From positions 74,462,001 through 74,526,000 of the forward strand of contig NW_026262668.1 in assembly GCF_021869535.1 (NCBI RefSeq): a stretch of 64,000 nt of DNA, written 5' to 3'. The notes below the pieces were generated by a model that saw only the letters and a program-made list of their open reading frames with translations, did not search any database and was not told the origin of the DNA. This DNA comes from Mytilus californianus. Lineage: Eukaryota. Positions 1 to 14,900 of the stretch are shown piece after piece. A program made the position numbers and the translations under genes. Within the stretch, counting starts at the first letter, position 1; each line of letters begins with the position of its first letter.

Positions 1-799
1 GAATGATGTTTGCCCAACGTATTCTAAATGTCTTTTCTTAGTTTTACATGATATATTTGTAATGACTGGCTATCCTTCTGTGTTCATTTGACCGTAAACC
101 GACAAATTGTGAGCATGTAACCTGGTGGTAAAATATCGGTTACAAAAAGTATGATTGTTGAGTTCGTTGGCAAGAAACTAAATGGTCTATTTGTAAATTA
201 GAACCCCTACAGTATAGGGCAATATATTTTATTGGTCGATATGCTTTGATCATAATTTGTTAACAGTCACCTCTCCCCCCTCGTCAGGCGTCAAACGGTC
301 ATTTTCGGCTACCGTTAGCGACAAATTGGTTAAAATTTTATCGTGATTCGCAAAATATCCTTATCGTGATTTGTCAGAGGTTTCAAATAATTATCCGTTA
401 CCGTTATTTTTGGGAATAAATTTAACGTGATTCGTCAAAATCAGTCGATTTTTTTTATTGTCATAAAGAAAATTACATTTTATCGTCATGCACTTAAAAT
501 TACCGTTAACGTCATTTGTTAAGATTTTTTACCGTTATTCTTCATGAAGGTACATTGTACCCCCATATTATGACCCTCAATAAACTCCTGGTCATTACTT
601 AAACATGAAGATATTTCAAGTTACGTATTTATGACAGTGACAAAATGTAATAAAACGCAAAACTGATAGTGTGCAGATGAAACTCTCGATTCCATTTAAA
701 GCATACTGTATGGATTTTACTCGTTGTTGAAGGCCGTATGATGACATACAGGTCCTTTGTTTACGGTTAAACGTTGCGTCATTGGCAGTCGTACACCAT

Positions 800-1210
800 G
801 TCAATGTTACAATTTTATTAGTGTTATGCACAACATCATACTTATATTTCTGTCCTTTTAAAATTTTATGTGAAAAAGTAACTAACCACTCTGTATTTCT
901 GACCGTATTTCGTTTATTGAAGAAAGTTTTTGCATCGCTTGTTGACACCGAGAAAGGGTGCTCTCAGACACGCCCGCGTTCCGATGTCGTCAAAATTATT
1001 TTTGAGAAGACCCCTCAAAGCCATCGTTTCCAAGACGAAAAGCACGCGCTCGTCGTTTGAAACATGCGTTAAAAACTGCGCACTGTTAAAAGGCCGAGCC
1101 ACCTTTATGGAAAAGTCGTCCCGTTTATCATTAACTTTGGTTTGGGAAATTCTATTATTAAGATTTATGAAAGTTATGTTGAATAAATTAGATGAAGTAC
1201 ATTCCAAACG
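800..1210 (-). mobile_element. Decayed Penelope-like retroelement RT C-terminal remnant
   Basis: TKVNDKRDDF and, in another frame, FNKRN...SHKILKGQKYKY resemble the KLYDKRDDF and DFN.RN..LT.KLL.QGY motifs recalled for PLE proteins; heavily degenerate. Confidence 0.45.
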
Positions 1211-1619
1211 TCGAAACTGTCGAAATTATAGCTGGTAGTAAATTCCAAAAATCGAATTTTACTTAAATTATAGCTTGTAGTACATTCAAAACATCGAAAG
1301 TTATTTTCACATATTTGCGTCATTTTTAAGTTCCCATAATGAAAAGTGTAATGCTACTTAATTATCACTTGTTGATAAAACATTGATTTCATAACTATAC
1401 TAGTAAAGGACTACCGCATACTGTAAAGAGTTGCCATGGCTACATTTCAAACATCCAGATTCTTGTAAGTTATGATATCGATTAAATACAAAAGTTCATA
1501 TTAAAGTTGGATGACAATAAGAATTATAAAGCACAAGTGTGTTAAACGTTTTAGTCAGGACTAAACTTTCTGTGAACTAAATTTAAGTCATTTACTGAAA
1601 ATATGGACACTAATAAGGC

Positions 1620-1960
1620 TGTAAAACTTTTTGTGTAAAAATCGCATGACAAACATATCGATAATTGGCATGCTTATTTGCCAACAATTCCGATAAATCG
1701 GGTTGAGGTTGAAATAATCTACGAACTTACAAATTGTTAAAAAAAACCTGAACCTGAAGAATATGGTAAAACAGCTTTGCCTTCTAGTCACGGAAGCGCT
1801 TTCGTCAAATTAAGATGTGGAATAGCCCCGTTGAGGAGATATGCAAATATAGCTTTAGAAAACAGAGTATGTTATGTATGTGATGGTTTTATTGAAGACA
1901 CAGCGCATGTTTTATGACGGTTTTAGAATCAATTTATTTTAAGTTGCTGAAACTCTCAAT
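1620..1960 (+). mobile_element. Decayed non-LTR (LINE) ORF2 C-terminal fragment
   Basis: Translates with breaks to NLRTYKLLK...SAFVKLRCGIAPL...RVCYVCDGFIEDTAHVL, the CCHC-like tail typical of L2/CR1-group ORF2. Confidence 0.7.
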
Positions 1961-4900
1961 GAAAATTTCAATGATTTTGATGGCAACTAAAAATTAGTGT
2001 TTTTATTCCCAGACGTAAATATGATACGTGTGTGTGCCAAAACTTGAAATCAAAGAATAAAAAGATCGCCTAGATTTTTTTTACCTAATTTGGACAAATT
2101 AAAGACTTATACTGTAGAAGACTTATAGAAAATGACCTACCGTATATTATTTCTGTTACACATGTATGTTGGATTTGAATCAATCTTGGGGAAATTGTAA
2201 ACGGGGATTAAAATGAAGGAAAAAGAAACAGCACATGGCGCCAAGCGACAAAAAAAATTACAGTGACCATATGAGTCATGTGAGCTAAAAAGGAAATAAC
2301 GTATCATGTAAAAATTAAGCTTTTCAATTCAAATCATTTGCGGTCGACGTTTTAATTTTGATTATATCCTTAAGATGTGAATCTCAAACTGGTTGGTCGC
2401 TAGTTCCATGGATTGATGTTTTATGGCACAGTACATGTATGATTGCCGACGAGACAACTACACTTTATCCACCATAAACCAAAGGACGAGGAGGTAAACA
2501 ACTATAGGTCACCGTACGGCCTTCAACAATGGGCAAAATCCATTCAGTGAGGTAGGCTATAAGTGGCAACGGTATGATAACATGTGAAACAATTCAAAAG
2601 AGAAAATCAACGGTCTGATTTAAGATAAAACTATAAAAGAGAAGCAAATATGACAGGCAGACGACAACCACTATATAGCAAGATCCTGACTTGGGACAGG
2701 CACATAACGAGTACAGTTTGGTTAAACATGCTTTTGCTCAACTCTCTCCTCATCTTGGACTTTGCTGTTACAGTACAACAGAAGAACAAACAATAACAAT
2801 CAGTTGGGATTGGCTTGACTTAATAGATCCAAACAAAAATCTGATTTGTATTCGAAGTATCGTATAAAGATAATAGTTAACGACCTTACTACAGTGTTAA
2901 TATGATAACCTTTAATAATATGTGTATTCAACGGATTAATAAGTTTGTATTGATCGTATCTAAATTGGCGGGCTCTTTGAACAACATCGCATTAAGACTA
3001 CGGGTGTGATATCCGGTTTGTAATAATGTTTTTACAGGTAAAACAAAACTTCCAAACCAAGTCTTTTTATCTATGAAGAAATTTAAGTTATTTGTGGAAA
3101 CGAATTCCCCTGCTTAAAGTTTTTCCAGTTATACATAGATTACGTGTATTTAAACGGTACTACAGACACGGGTATAGCGAACGAGTTTGAAAATATACAC
3201 ACAGAAAGGATGAGCCAAAGGAATATTCCGTCCTAAAAAAAGGAAATCGACAATAGGAAACAAAAATCGTCTCTTTAGTCCAAAAATTTGTTAATCATGG
3301 AATTTCCAGTTTCATCTGAAATATTCAAATCCAGAAAAGAAAAATGATAACTTCTGTTTATATTAGATTTATTTAAAGTTAGCTCCCATGGGGAAATTTT
3401 CGCAGTATGATAAGAAAATTTTGATTATTAGAAGCAAAAATACCAACAAGAAAAAGGAAAATGTTATCAAATTTTTCTATTAAATGGAATATAGATGGAT
3501 GTTTTCTGAGTTTTGTCGAAAACTGTGATTCATAACAATAAAAGAACAGGGGCGCAGATGGCATATAAGTATACAACCTGTCGATAAACTGTTTAGGAAA
3601 GAGTGTGTATACATACACATTTGAGCTTAAAGTACATAAAAATCAATCAAGAGTAGACCAAGTTAATGTGGGTGTGTTTGCTTATGACGGTGTATGTAAG
3701 GGGTAGGGTTCATTTCTGCTGAATTTAATTTATTCATTATTTGTTTCAGCATCCGATGTTGTTTAAAACTACTGGTATTTGAGTTTCCCGAGTTTAAGTC
3801 CTACCCATTAAATATTTTACAACAATTATACACATATCCATGAAATCAAAATGTCTTTCAGCGCAAAATATTATTGTTGAAGACAGTCTTATTGCATTGA
3901 TTCGGGCGCTTGTGATGATTCTTATGTAGATGTAACGCGCGTCTGGTGTAACAAATAAGCCAGTTTATTTTTTTATATACAATACTGCAAATTTTTAATG
4001 TTTTTTTTGTTGTTGAAATTTGGCTGCGAAGAACATCCCTAACCAACATTAGAATTGAAAAAAATTATAACAAAAACTCCAAAGTAAATTCAAAAAGGGG
4101 GAGGTCCATAACGTGCAAACATAAATTACAGGCATACAACACAACCGACTAAAATTTCAAACAAACATACAAATAGATTGACAAAAAACAAATTGACCCT
4201 ACCTCTTTGCTTGTTTCTATAATGTAATATAATTTACATAATTGAATGCATATCTTTTGTATGTATTTTGGCGTGGAAATATATGTAATTGTTATGCTTC
4301 TTTTTTACAGCTCTTTAATACTTTTGTAATAATAATAGAAAATAATAGAAATCATTAAGAAACTAAAGTATCTACTGCCTCAGACAAAGTTACAGTTTAA
4401 GGTTCCATTTGGTCATATTTGGCTCTTCGTGTGTTTCGGTATTATACATCCTTGGCTTTCAAATATTTGGCTTTGATCGTTCCTAATGAAGGTAAACATA
4501 GAAAAACGCTTCGGACGCATACCATATTTAAAGTATTATTATTTTTTTTTGTGTCGTTATGGTTTTGCATATGTTATAATGGACGTTGAGAAAACCTCAA
4601 TGTTTCGACAAATAAAAAAAAACACTACACAACAAATATATACATGTACGGTCCATGAGACATACAAAAGTTTGAACACAACACAATGTATATGGACAAC
4701 TAGAGAAAAATATCGTATCTATAAAAGCGCCTGCTCCTTAACATTCACTGATACATACTACAGTTCGAGTTCGGACCGAGTCCATTGTAACGTAATTTAC
4801 ATCTGGTAATTTTGAATTAAAATTTTTTTCAGTATATATCCTTCTATATTCACTGAAATAGAAATCTTTATGTTGTAATGATACAAAAAAAAATAATTTT

Positions 4901-5339
4901 ACTTCAAAATTCAATAAATATTTACCTACCGGTTGTTTCTGTGTCAAAACTTTCGTATGAACACAATATGTTTGAAATGTTTCTATGGATACCATTTACA
5001 GTTCCATCTTTTGCAGAGGTGCTAATGAAAGACAAGTCTCCAAGTAAACAAATTATCTGGAGGTCAGTGGAGGCTTTGCGCAAATATGGAAATAAATACT
5101 CTGAAGTGTTAATGAACATTTATATTTTAAAAACTACAATATTTAAATCAAGTTTTAAAGTTTTAAAAACAGTTTTCATTGCATCTTCAATTTAGGATGA
5201 TTATTTCAAGCTTTCTTATTAATTATTATTTATTTTCACAATGTTCGATAACTAGAATGAAGAAGTATGAAAACGTTTCAGTAGTTACAAGTATACATCC
5301 TTGCATCGGAATTAAACATATTTATTCTAAAACCAGTTG

Positions 5340-5955
5340 TTGGCATGACACGGGTTATCTTCTTCTCATATATTTCATGATGGTATAATACTAAACCCCT
5401 AACAGGAGGGATTGTGCCTGATTTTCATATGATGAAGAAATAATCTTTCAATCAGTTTAATTGAGGTCTGGAGCTGGCATGTCAGTAACTGCTAGTAGTC
5501 TGTTGTTATTTATGTATTATTGTCATTTTGTTTATTTTCTTTTGTTTCCTATTCTGACATCGGACTCGTACTTCTCTTAAGCTGAGTTTTACTGTGCGTA
5601 CTGTTGTACGTTTGTTTTTTCTACATTGGCTAGAGGTATAGGGGAGGGTTGAGATCTCAAAAAACATGTTTAACCCCGCCGCATTTTTGCGCCTGTCCCA
5701 AGTCAGGAGCCTCTGGCCTTTGTTAGTCTTGTATCATTTTTAATTTTAGTTTCTTGTGTATAATTTGGAGTTTAGTATGACGTCCATTATCACTGAACTA
5801 GTATACATATTTGTTTAGGGGCCAGCTGAAGGACGACTCCGGGTGCGGGAGTTTCTCGCTGCATGGAAGACCCATTGGTGGCCTTCGGCTGTTGTCTGCT
5901 CTAAGGTCGGGTTGTTGTCTTTTTGACACATTCCCCATTTCCATTCTCAATTTTA
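5340..5955. repeat. Composite interspersed repeat; its 3' module recurs at 20271-20456, 23101-23290, 35945-36055 and, inverted, at 38265-38335
   Basis: Shared block GTCCATTATCACTGAACTAG...GAAGACCCATTGGTGGCCTTCGGCTG...TTCCATTCTCAATTTT seen in several copies. Confidence 0.85.
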
Positions 5956-6171
5956 TCCTTGAAACTTGTTTGTTTTGATTATGTAGACAGATTTTATTGA
6001 TTCCGTTTAGAATAACATCTTTATCTCTTTAATAAACCAGTGTCCCGTTATTTGCCAAATTTTAAGGGTTTACCTTTGAATTTTAAAGTCCGATATGGAA
6101 ATGTGAAATGCAAGATATAGATTCCTACATGTATACACTAAACTCACTTAACATTTGTCTTCTTTTCAAAA

Positions 6172-6440
6172 ACTTCTTTTTCAGTTTTCAATTGAGTGTT
6201 TCCGAAAATTCCTAAAAGTCTTTCCCTGTTCTGAATGGAGTGTTTCTGAAAATTCCTAAAAGTCTTTCTCAGTTATCAATGGAGCGTTTCCGAAAATTTC
6301 AAAAAGTCGTTCTCATTTATCAATGGAGCGTTTCCGAAAATTTCAAAAAAGTCTTTCTTGAGTTATCAATGCAACGTTTCCAATAATTCCTAAAAGTCTT
6401 TCTCAGTTATCAATGGAGTGTTTACGAAAATTTCAAAAGC
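6172..6440. repeat. 44-bp minisatellite, ~6 degenerate copies
   Basis: GAGTGTTTCCGAAAATT-like unit starts at 6194, 6238, 6282, 6326, 6372 and 6416. Confidence 0.9.
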
Positions 6441-8783
6441 TATAAACCGAATTGGAAATATGAAAAGGAGTACTTTTTTTTTACATAAAACAGCTGCATA
6501 AAAATAAATACACATCCCTTGATCCTTGTGTGTAAAGTGCGAAAATGTTCTATGACGGAGACTCGATTCAAGATATTAAAATGTAACAGTTATGATTTTA
6601 CCATATTGGCCATTTGATGATACTTGTATACAACGAATGACATATCAAGCATAGTGCTAATTCTTTTGTGTGTCGGATTAAAAAGGGAACGTAAAACTAC
6701 AATGTACCAATGTACATTAAATAAACTGGAAGAGATTCCGCTGTATATTTGCCACTTACAAATGCCGTTCTAGATAAATGTCTGCATTTAACAAAATCAA
6801 AACAAATGTTTACATGTTTGTCTAAACAATATTTGATAGTCTCTTTAATTTGTTCACTTTTTTGATCCAATGCGACTTAGAGCATGATATATTGTATAGA
6901 TTATTGTCAATTGATGAAGAAAACTTGCTGAGCACTAGATGTTGTTTTTCTTAAGCATTTGGTTGATTGTTCACTGACGTATACCCCACATCTCCTTTAA
7001 CTATTATACATTTTACCTGATAAAATTAGTTGTAATAAATTATACTAAGTTCTTTACTTTTTATGTCCCATTTCTACTTAAATACAGAAAAACAACAACT
7101 TATAAATTTATAACTATGCAGTCAGTAAATAATAACAACAAGCTTGTACAAACATAAAAGAAACCATCTATTTCAAATAAAAATAAAGACAAAAATAACT
7201 TTCAGGGTGAACGGTGGTATTCTATTCTCAATAGGCGACAGTACACATATTTTCTAAATTTTCTAATTTCTATAATAAAACCGGACAAAACAGTTGTGCG
7301 TGATATTAGTACTTTATTATTCTGTTTTAGAAATTGAAGTCAAATGGTGGTATGACAATCTTCCAAGGAAGCTTGTTTATAGTATCCATGGCAACTGTCA
7401 TTTTACTTCAGATTTATGAAAATAGTTCTAAAGAAAATGTGTTTCATAATTTACATCCAATCACAGCCGCTCCAGAGTTGACTTCTTTCACCCGAGTTTG
7501 GTAAACAAAATGTTAACCTAATGCCAAGAAAATGAAATACTACTTGAGTCAGGAATATGCCAGTTGTTTTTCATTTGATCCGTTGATTAATAGCATTTGA
7601 TTTTGTGAAGTTTTTATGAACTACCCCTTTTTGAATTTACCTTGGAGTTCGGTGTTTTTGTTATACTTTTGTTACTTTAATTTTTAGACCATATTTCTGT
7701 CTATTCTTTATTTCTCGCCCATTATTGTCTGTTCTTTAATTGTACACGAAAAAAACATTATTGTTAGATTAGAAAAAATAACTGAACGTAAATTTTTAAA
7801 TAAAAAAAAAATGACATTCTAGATAGCACTTAAAATGTGCTTTCATGATAAAATCGGTGCTAACGTACTCGTTTACTTGCTACAAAACAAAATATTTTAA
7901 AGAAAATTCCTTAACATTCCTTTATGAAATTAATCATCTCAAAAATTTTCTGAATTTGTAAAAACAGTCGTAATAATAAAATAAATAACATAATTTTTCT
8001 TCATTCAAATGAATTGCATTCTTGTCTCAAAATTTGCGTATTTCATGAAAGACATACCCTTTGTTTTTTTCAATTTTACCATCCAAGCTTTCGAGAGAAA
8101 TACAATCTTCCTAAATATTGAAATAACCCCAAATGTTTGTGTGTAAGTATACATCCTTCAAAATATTTGTAAATTGGGTTCATGCAGGGGAACTTGTTGC
8201 ACCATAGAGCTAAAAAGGGCGTTAATTACATTATTGCCACCTGTATTTTCTAAGAATTACATTTTGCTGTTGTTTCAAAAAGCCATTTAGTGTTATTTAA
8301 TATATTAACAGGTGCATCGTAAAATACAAATCGTGTTAAAATTTCAATTCTTTCTTTTTTTACTATTTAGATTTAAATTCTTCGAAATACTTCTTTGAGG
8401 AACATTTATGGTCAACATTAAATTTGTCAGTTGCTAATTTCACAAAAAAGCAATTAACTTTTTTCATAAATACTATATAGAAATAATATTCCCAACAATC
8501 AAAATGTTCCCGAAAACATAGCCAGCAGACATTGTACAGTGGAAAATAACAACTTTACAAAATTAACTTTTTTCGATTTTTACAATACACATGTATAAAA
8601 CAAGAGGGATAATTATTACTATACTAGTATCAAATTTGATTTAGTATTTCCAAATATGGCTTTTCCACATTATAACATTGTACAAATCAACAAGGACAAA
8701 CGTTTGAAAATAAACCACATTATAATGCACAACGTTCGACAAAAAAAATCATTATTTGTCATCAGTAATGATTTTGTTAGTTT

Positions 8784-8920
8784 TTAGTGCCATTGTTTTC
8801 TTCTAGGCGGTGGCTTCAACTGTCCAGGTTTAGTCTGATCTGAGTTTTCTACTATATCCGGAAGTGGATATCTCGTATCATCACTAGACAATGCTGATTC
8901 GTCAGCCGATATCCCAGAAT
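8784..8920 (-). CDS. Gene A terminal exon 2 (DSGISADESALSSDDTRYPLPD...RRKQWH*)
   Basis: Phase 1 acceptor; homologous to gene B terminal exon 29909-30021 (DSGVSADDS...YPLPD...WH*). Confidence 0.8.
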
Positions 8921-11900
8921 CTGAAATATCATGAAAATCCTCGTTTACACATAAATTCACGATAATCATTTCAAATAATCGGGTAAGTGAAATGGAATAA
9001 TTTTTTTCTTAGGACCAGGAAAACTTCTAGGCGTGACAACTTTAAATTTGCCTTTGTCTATGACTTTCTGTACACGAAACATCATAGCGTCATCGTTTTC
9101 CGCTACTTTTCCCGTGGGAGATTCGTCAGTAGATATTCCGGAATCTGAAATATTGTAAAATAGCTGGTGACGACTTCCATTATTGATTTTTGTGAAAATG
9201 TGTAACAACGAATCCGACATTAACACCACGACATACAAGACAAGTATGTTATTTTAAAACAGGTTTTGGCTACAAAAAGAGAGGCAAAAGATACCAAAGG
9301 GATATTCAAACTAATAAGTTGAATGCCATGGTAAAAAACGAAAAACGATCAAAAGACAAACAACAGTATACAAAACACAACATATAAAACAAAAAGACTG
9401 AGAAACACGAATCCCACAAAAAACTGGTGGTGATCTCAGGCGTTCCGGAAGGGTAAGTTGATCATGCTCCACATATCGCACCGGTCGTGTTGCTTATGTA
9501 AAGTACAAACCCGGTGATAAGATTTTATCGGTAGTTCACATTCGAGGAAAAGAGGACGGAATTGTGGTTACAACAGTTGTACTGCTGTTTGTCTGTTTGT
9601 CGGTTTCCTTTTAGCCATGGCGTTGTCAGTTTATTTTCGACTTGTGAGTTTGAATGTCACTTTGGTATCTTTCGCCTCTCTTTTGGAACATACCGTTAGT
9701 AAACGAATTTGAGTCTGAAAAGTCCGAACAAATAATCATTAAGTCATGTACAGTCTTTCAGTCTATTTTCAGATTTATCGATTATGGTAAAATCAGTACT
9801 GTTCAACAATTCGCTTGCAGTCAATTCAGTATTGTCCAGTAGCTTTTCGGGCAATTCAGTATGTTATTGATCTGTACAGGTAAAAGGTAAAATAACAACT
9901 ACTGAACAGTCTGGGCATATACTGAACAAATCTTAATTGACTGAAAGCAAATTGTGTGAACTCTACTGAGTTTACCGCAGTGGATAAATCTGAAAATTGA
10001 CTGAAAAACTGAAAATGATTTAATATTCTTTTTGCCAGTCTTTTAAGAGATGTTAACGTAAAAAATGACCGTTTCAGACTAAAATTCATTTTTAAGTGAT
10101 ATTCGTCGTCATCTGTGAAACAGATATTCGATAACGGTCAAACAACTTGTGACGGCGCCAGTAAAATTTTCGAAGGGATGATTCAAATTTCTTGGTTTAA
10201 TAGCTACCTTGTGAGTAGCAACCCTCTACCAATGTAATCATTATAGGAAAATTTGCATAACAAAAGGTAATTGAAACAAAACAGGTTGTACATTTTTCAT
10301 GGTTCTTGACTTGGGACAGGCACATAAAGAAAGTGGCGGGGTTGAACATGTTTGTGAGCGCCCAACTCTCTTAGCAAGCCGTTTTCAAAATTATGTTCGT
10401 ATGCTGTTACACCAATGTCAAAGGATATGGGAAGGGCTGAGCAAACCCCGCCATTTTCATTCTGTATGTGCCTATCTCAGGTCAGGAGCCTGTAATTCGG
10501 TGGTTTTCGTTAGTTGTTTTGTACATAAATAAGGCTGTTGGTTTTCTCGTTTGAATGGTTTTACATTTTGTCATGTCAGTGCCTGTAATAGCTTGATAAC
10601 ATGTATATTTCGTCATTTGGTCTCTTGTGGAAACTTGTCTTATTGGCAATCATACTAGAACTTTTTATTTTTATAATATATAATGGAGGTTTTTGGTTTT
10701 TTCAGCGTATATCCCGTTGTGTTTTAACACGATGTGCAATTTTAATCCAAAGTTGTAAAAGTGGTTTCTATTATTTCATGTGGTTATGTTTACCTCTAAA
10801 ACTGATCAGAAATAAAAGCTGTGAAAACAGATTTGAGGTACTCAATCGCCATGATAAGAAATTTTTCAAAACATTCACATTCAGATAAATAAAATTATTC
10901 TGAATCGAATATTGATTTTTTTAGAAAAATATTAAATGGTTTTTGATTTTTTCGGGTAAAAGTTACCAACATTTTTACACTAAGTAGACACGTTTTGGCT
11001 TTATGAAATATTAATTGCAAAAACGCTAAATGGCCTCTACCGTCAAATACGCTTATGCATTGTATTTCGACTACATTTGATAAAAAGAGAATTTGGCATA
11101 TCATATCTAGGAAATTCTTTCGAAAAGTAAAAAAAAGTGTACTGATTCCACAGCCAGTTATTACCCGCAACTCGACAAAAATATATACTGGCCTTACCTT
11201 CATACACCTTTTTATCCATTCTATATGTATTTTCACGCTTTGGTGCAGCTGAAACTAATCTTGGCTTATGGTCAATAGCTGGTAAATGTGATATTTCAGC
11301 ATCCATAAAATTCTCACCATTTGAATCTGAAATAAATTTTATAACTTGGAAAATTGCATATTTTTTTTTGGTTTCCGCACTCTAACTTAAGTTAGCCTCC
11401 TGCATATTTTATGAAACTCATACACAATACTTAGAACCGAAATTCGCAGACAAGAGTCCAAATTTGGGAACCGAATCACTTGCCGTTCTGGAGTTATGCC
11501 GCTTTATAACTTAGAAAATTGCATTTTTTTTCCGTTTCCACACTCTAACTTAAGTTTCTTTACGTATTATAATCAAGCTTGAGCGGCGGCATTCGTGTCC
11601 TCAGACATATTCTCCTTTTATTATGATTTGATTTTTAAAAATAAATCTATTTTGCAGTGGTTATCTTTTGTTATATCCAAAGAGTGTTGCTTTTTGTCAT
11701 TGAAGAGTTTATTTTCTCTTTAAGATAGATCTATTAGTGTTTGCTAAATTTTTGACATTTGCTTAACCTAGGGCCGATTTAGAGCTTTGAATATTGTAGA
11801 GCCAGTTGTATTTTAATACCAAATGTTGACCTATTGGTGTCTTTTTGTTTTATTAATGGCATTGGGTAGCTGCCTGCTAGACCAATACCCACTTTCTGTT

Positions 11901-14900
11901 TTACTCAACTTTCAAACTAAAATGTAGCATTTGCATTGAAAATGAAAAGACATACTAGTAACATATTTATCAAACTTATTTTCAAATGTAATTCTTGCTT
12001 CAAACCTGGGAAAAGTATACTGTCAATATATTATGTCCTAGACAAAAGTGCAATTTTTGGTTACTTTTTTTACAACTTTTGATAAATCTTACTAGTAATA
12101 TACAGTAAGTTAATAAAAAAAAACCCAAACCAACAAAAAATCAAGTCCAAACATACATCCAACAGAATTGATTGACGAAACCTTTGTTTATTGGGTAATC
12201 AAGATACGTAACCGTAACAAAACTTTCCAAATAAAAGAAGTAGATGCAGAAGAAAAGGAAGACGACCGTGTCGTCAATAGTGCCGTATGACATCATATCA
12301 ACCCTTCATTTCTAAGTTACAAACCTGAGGTAACGTCATGGTCTGTAGTGGCGAAATCTCTTGAAGTAAAGCTATCATTAAATCTTGCAATTGTGGTTGA
12401 TGACTTTGCAGGTTCTACCTTCGCATGCTTCATCTTACTTAATGATTTCAAAGAAAGTGTGCGTGTTTGTAGAGATGACGGAAGTGAAAAGGGAGATTTC
12501 CACGATGATTTCTTCTTACTGTATTTCTTTTTCCTCCTGACAGGTTGTTCCATGTTTTTATGTCTTAATTTTGTCTGTAGCATTGATCTTGCATTTTCTT
12601 TTAATTTCTCCGTTGAAGGACGTGTGCCATATACATTTGCTGCATTTTTTAGTGCACTCGGAGTAGGTAAAGTTTTAGATCTTGTCAGTGGTCTCATATA
12701 TGGTGGCAATGGCGGTTTTCGTTTATATCTGAGTGGCGATGGAATTCGTTCCTTTGATTCGCTGATAGTGTTCAACATTCGTGTATTGCTACGTTGCATC
12801 ATTAATTTGATCGTAGCAACAGATGCCCGACGTGACGGATTATTAGGCTTTGAAGGAGGTTTTTCAAAAAACTTGCTCTTTTGGAATGGTTTCCTGATAG
12901 GCTTTGATCTACTGACATCGTTATGCGACACAGATCTATCAAATAGCGACTTACTACTTGGATGTTTAGGAAATTGTCCCATTGAAGTTTTAGATCTATT
13001 CAGATTTTCCTGTGAGAAACTTTTCTTCATTTCAAGCATTCTGGTAGGTGGTCTAGACAGATTGTATACAGAACTTGCTCTGGACAATGGTCGCCGAGGT
13101 GGCGGATGCATATTCACACTAGACATGGTATCATCATACTTGATTCCGTAATTGTGTATAGTGAACTCTCCTAAGTCTGGTAACTCTGCAATGCGAGATT
13201 TAAAACTGGTACTCCCCGATTTCATAGAAGCCGGTTTACTTCTCATTGCACGGTTGGCAGTTCTCCATGGCCACGGCAGATACTGAGGCTCTGTAGGAAA
13301 CTCCTTTGTTGGAGTGTTATTCACGTTATTTAACAACCTTTGTTGTAACGTCTTGTTATTCGTAGCTACTGATGATATGTGGTCTGCACTACTATATTCG
13401 GGACTCTCAAAGTCTGCAATCGAAAATATTAAAGCTGGTTATTGTAAAACATTTTCACTCTGATGTTATATATTTTCGCTATTTTCACGGGAAGAAAATC
13501 TAACCGCCATTATTAATTTACTTTTAGCTATGAATTTGTTATAAACTCAAATCAAAATAAAAAGCCATAAAATTAGTCTGACTAGGCGATTTGCAAATAT
13601 ATTTTAAAATTAGTGTATCAAGAAAACTATTAAAAAAAGGACATAAAACAATGGGAGTTTAATAATACTTGTTCTTCATATGCATTTAAAAATGAAATAT
13701 TGCGAACCAAGTTTTGGTCATCATAATATGGAATTTTAAAATCAGGCTTTTCTTTATAGCAATCATATTTTATTGCTCTTTGATATAAAACGGTGGTTGT
13801 ATTTCATATACTAAAAAATATAACCTTTTTGTGTTGCTAAACTTCTGTTGGAACCATGGAATTGTTTTGTTGGTCCACCAAAGCTTCCAGGATTTCTATC
13901 TGACATTTGTTCGTGGGATGTGTAAGAACGCTCTGTTTGGATTTCAACGTTTGCAACTAAATTAAAAACAAAACAAAACAATCAAAATGATTAAATATAT
14001 ATATTTGAAATGTAATGGAATCTTTAAAGAATAATAATATGACAGGAACAATTATTACAGATTAAAAAAAACACATTAAATAAAAGTCTGTCCTAAAATG
14101 TATATTCCAAATAGCAATAGGGTACTGGTATATAAATACCATAAGAATAAGAAAAACAAAAACAAAAACAAAAAGGATTCAACCATAAGGTATCTATTCA
14201 AACAATCATTATCCGTGTGATATACATATATAATATTGCCTTCATTCAGGAAAATGTTCTCCAATTATTTTCTTTGATGCCACTGTCAATTGACTGTCCT
14301 AGTTCTGGCATGTATCTCGCAGTTTAAAATGTTACGGCGTGCATAACTTATTACTTGTATGAAAGTCATTTTCAACATAAAATTCAAGTTGTAAATTCAA
14401 TGGTATTAAACTGAATTATCAATTTATACCTTTTTAATGTTAACGATTTAAACTCATTTCAATAAAGGAAATGGCATCACTGTACTTTTCTCTAATATCA
14501 ATGGATCATGCTTTACATTTGAGATATTTGTCGTTATATGTCGTTCACTGTTTTCTGGTTTCTGTGGAGGTCTGTTAGACATTACTAAGTTGTAAAACTT
14601 GTGTCTGATCCATTTGTCAGTTTGAACAATACAATATAAACTAACGCTAGATAAGTCTGATATGTAAAAGAGAGGCAAAAGATAATGAAACTCATGAGTC
14701 GAAAACAAACTGACAATTCATGGAAATAAAAGAAAAACGATGATAAAAATATAAAAGTATACAAAACACATTGAAAACTAAATACTGAGCAACACGAACC
14801 CCACAAAAAACGGGGGTGATCTGAGGTCCTCCGGAAGGGTAAGCAGATCCTGCACAACATGTGGCTTTATTATTTGTAGATTATCATATTTCTACTTTTG

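Noticed and set aside
2900-4050. Scattered plus-strand acceptor-like sites and short frames
   Set aside because: No consistent exon chain or recognisable protein
4922-5119. IICLLGDLS motif resembling a LINE apurinic endonuclease
   Set aside because: Only one short degenerate motif; too little to call
12348-13151. 267-aa plus-strand ORF
   Set aside because: Antisense shadow of gene A's large coding exon; Phe/Leu-rich as expected from the complement of Lys/Glu codons
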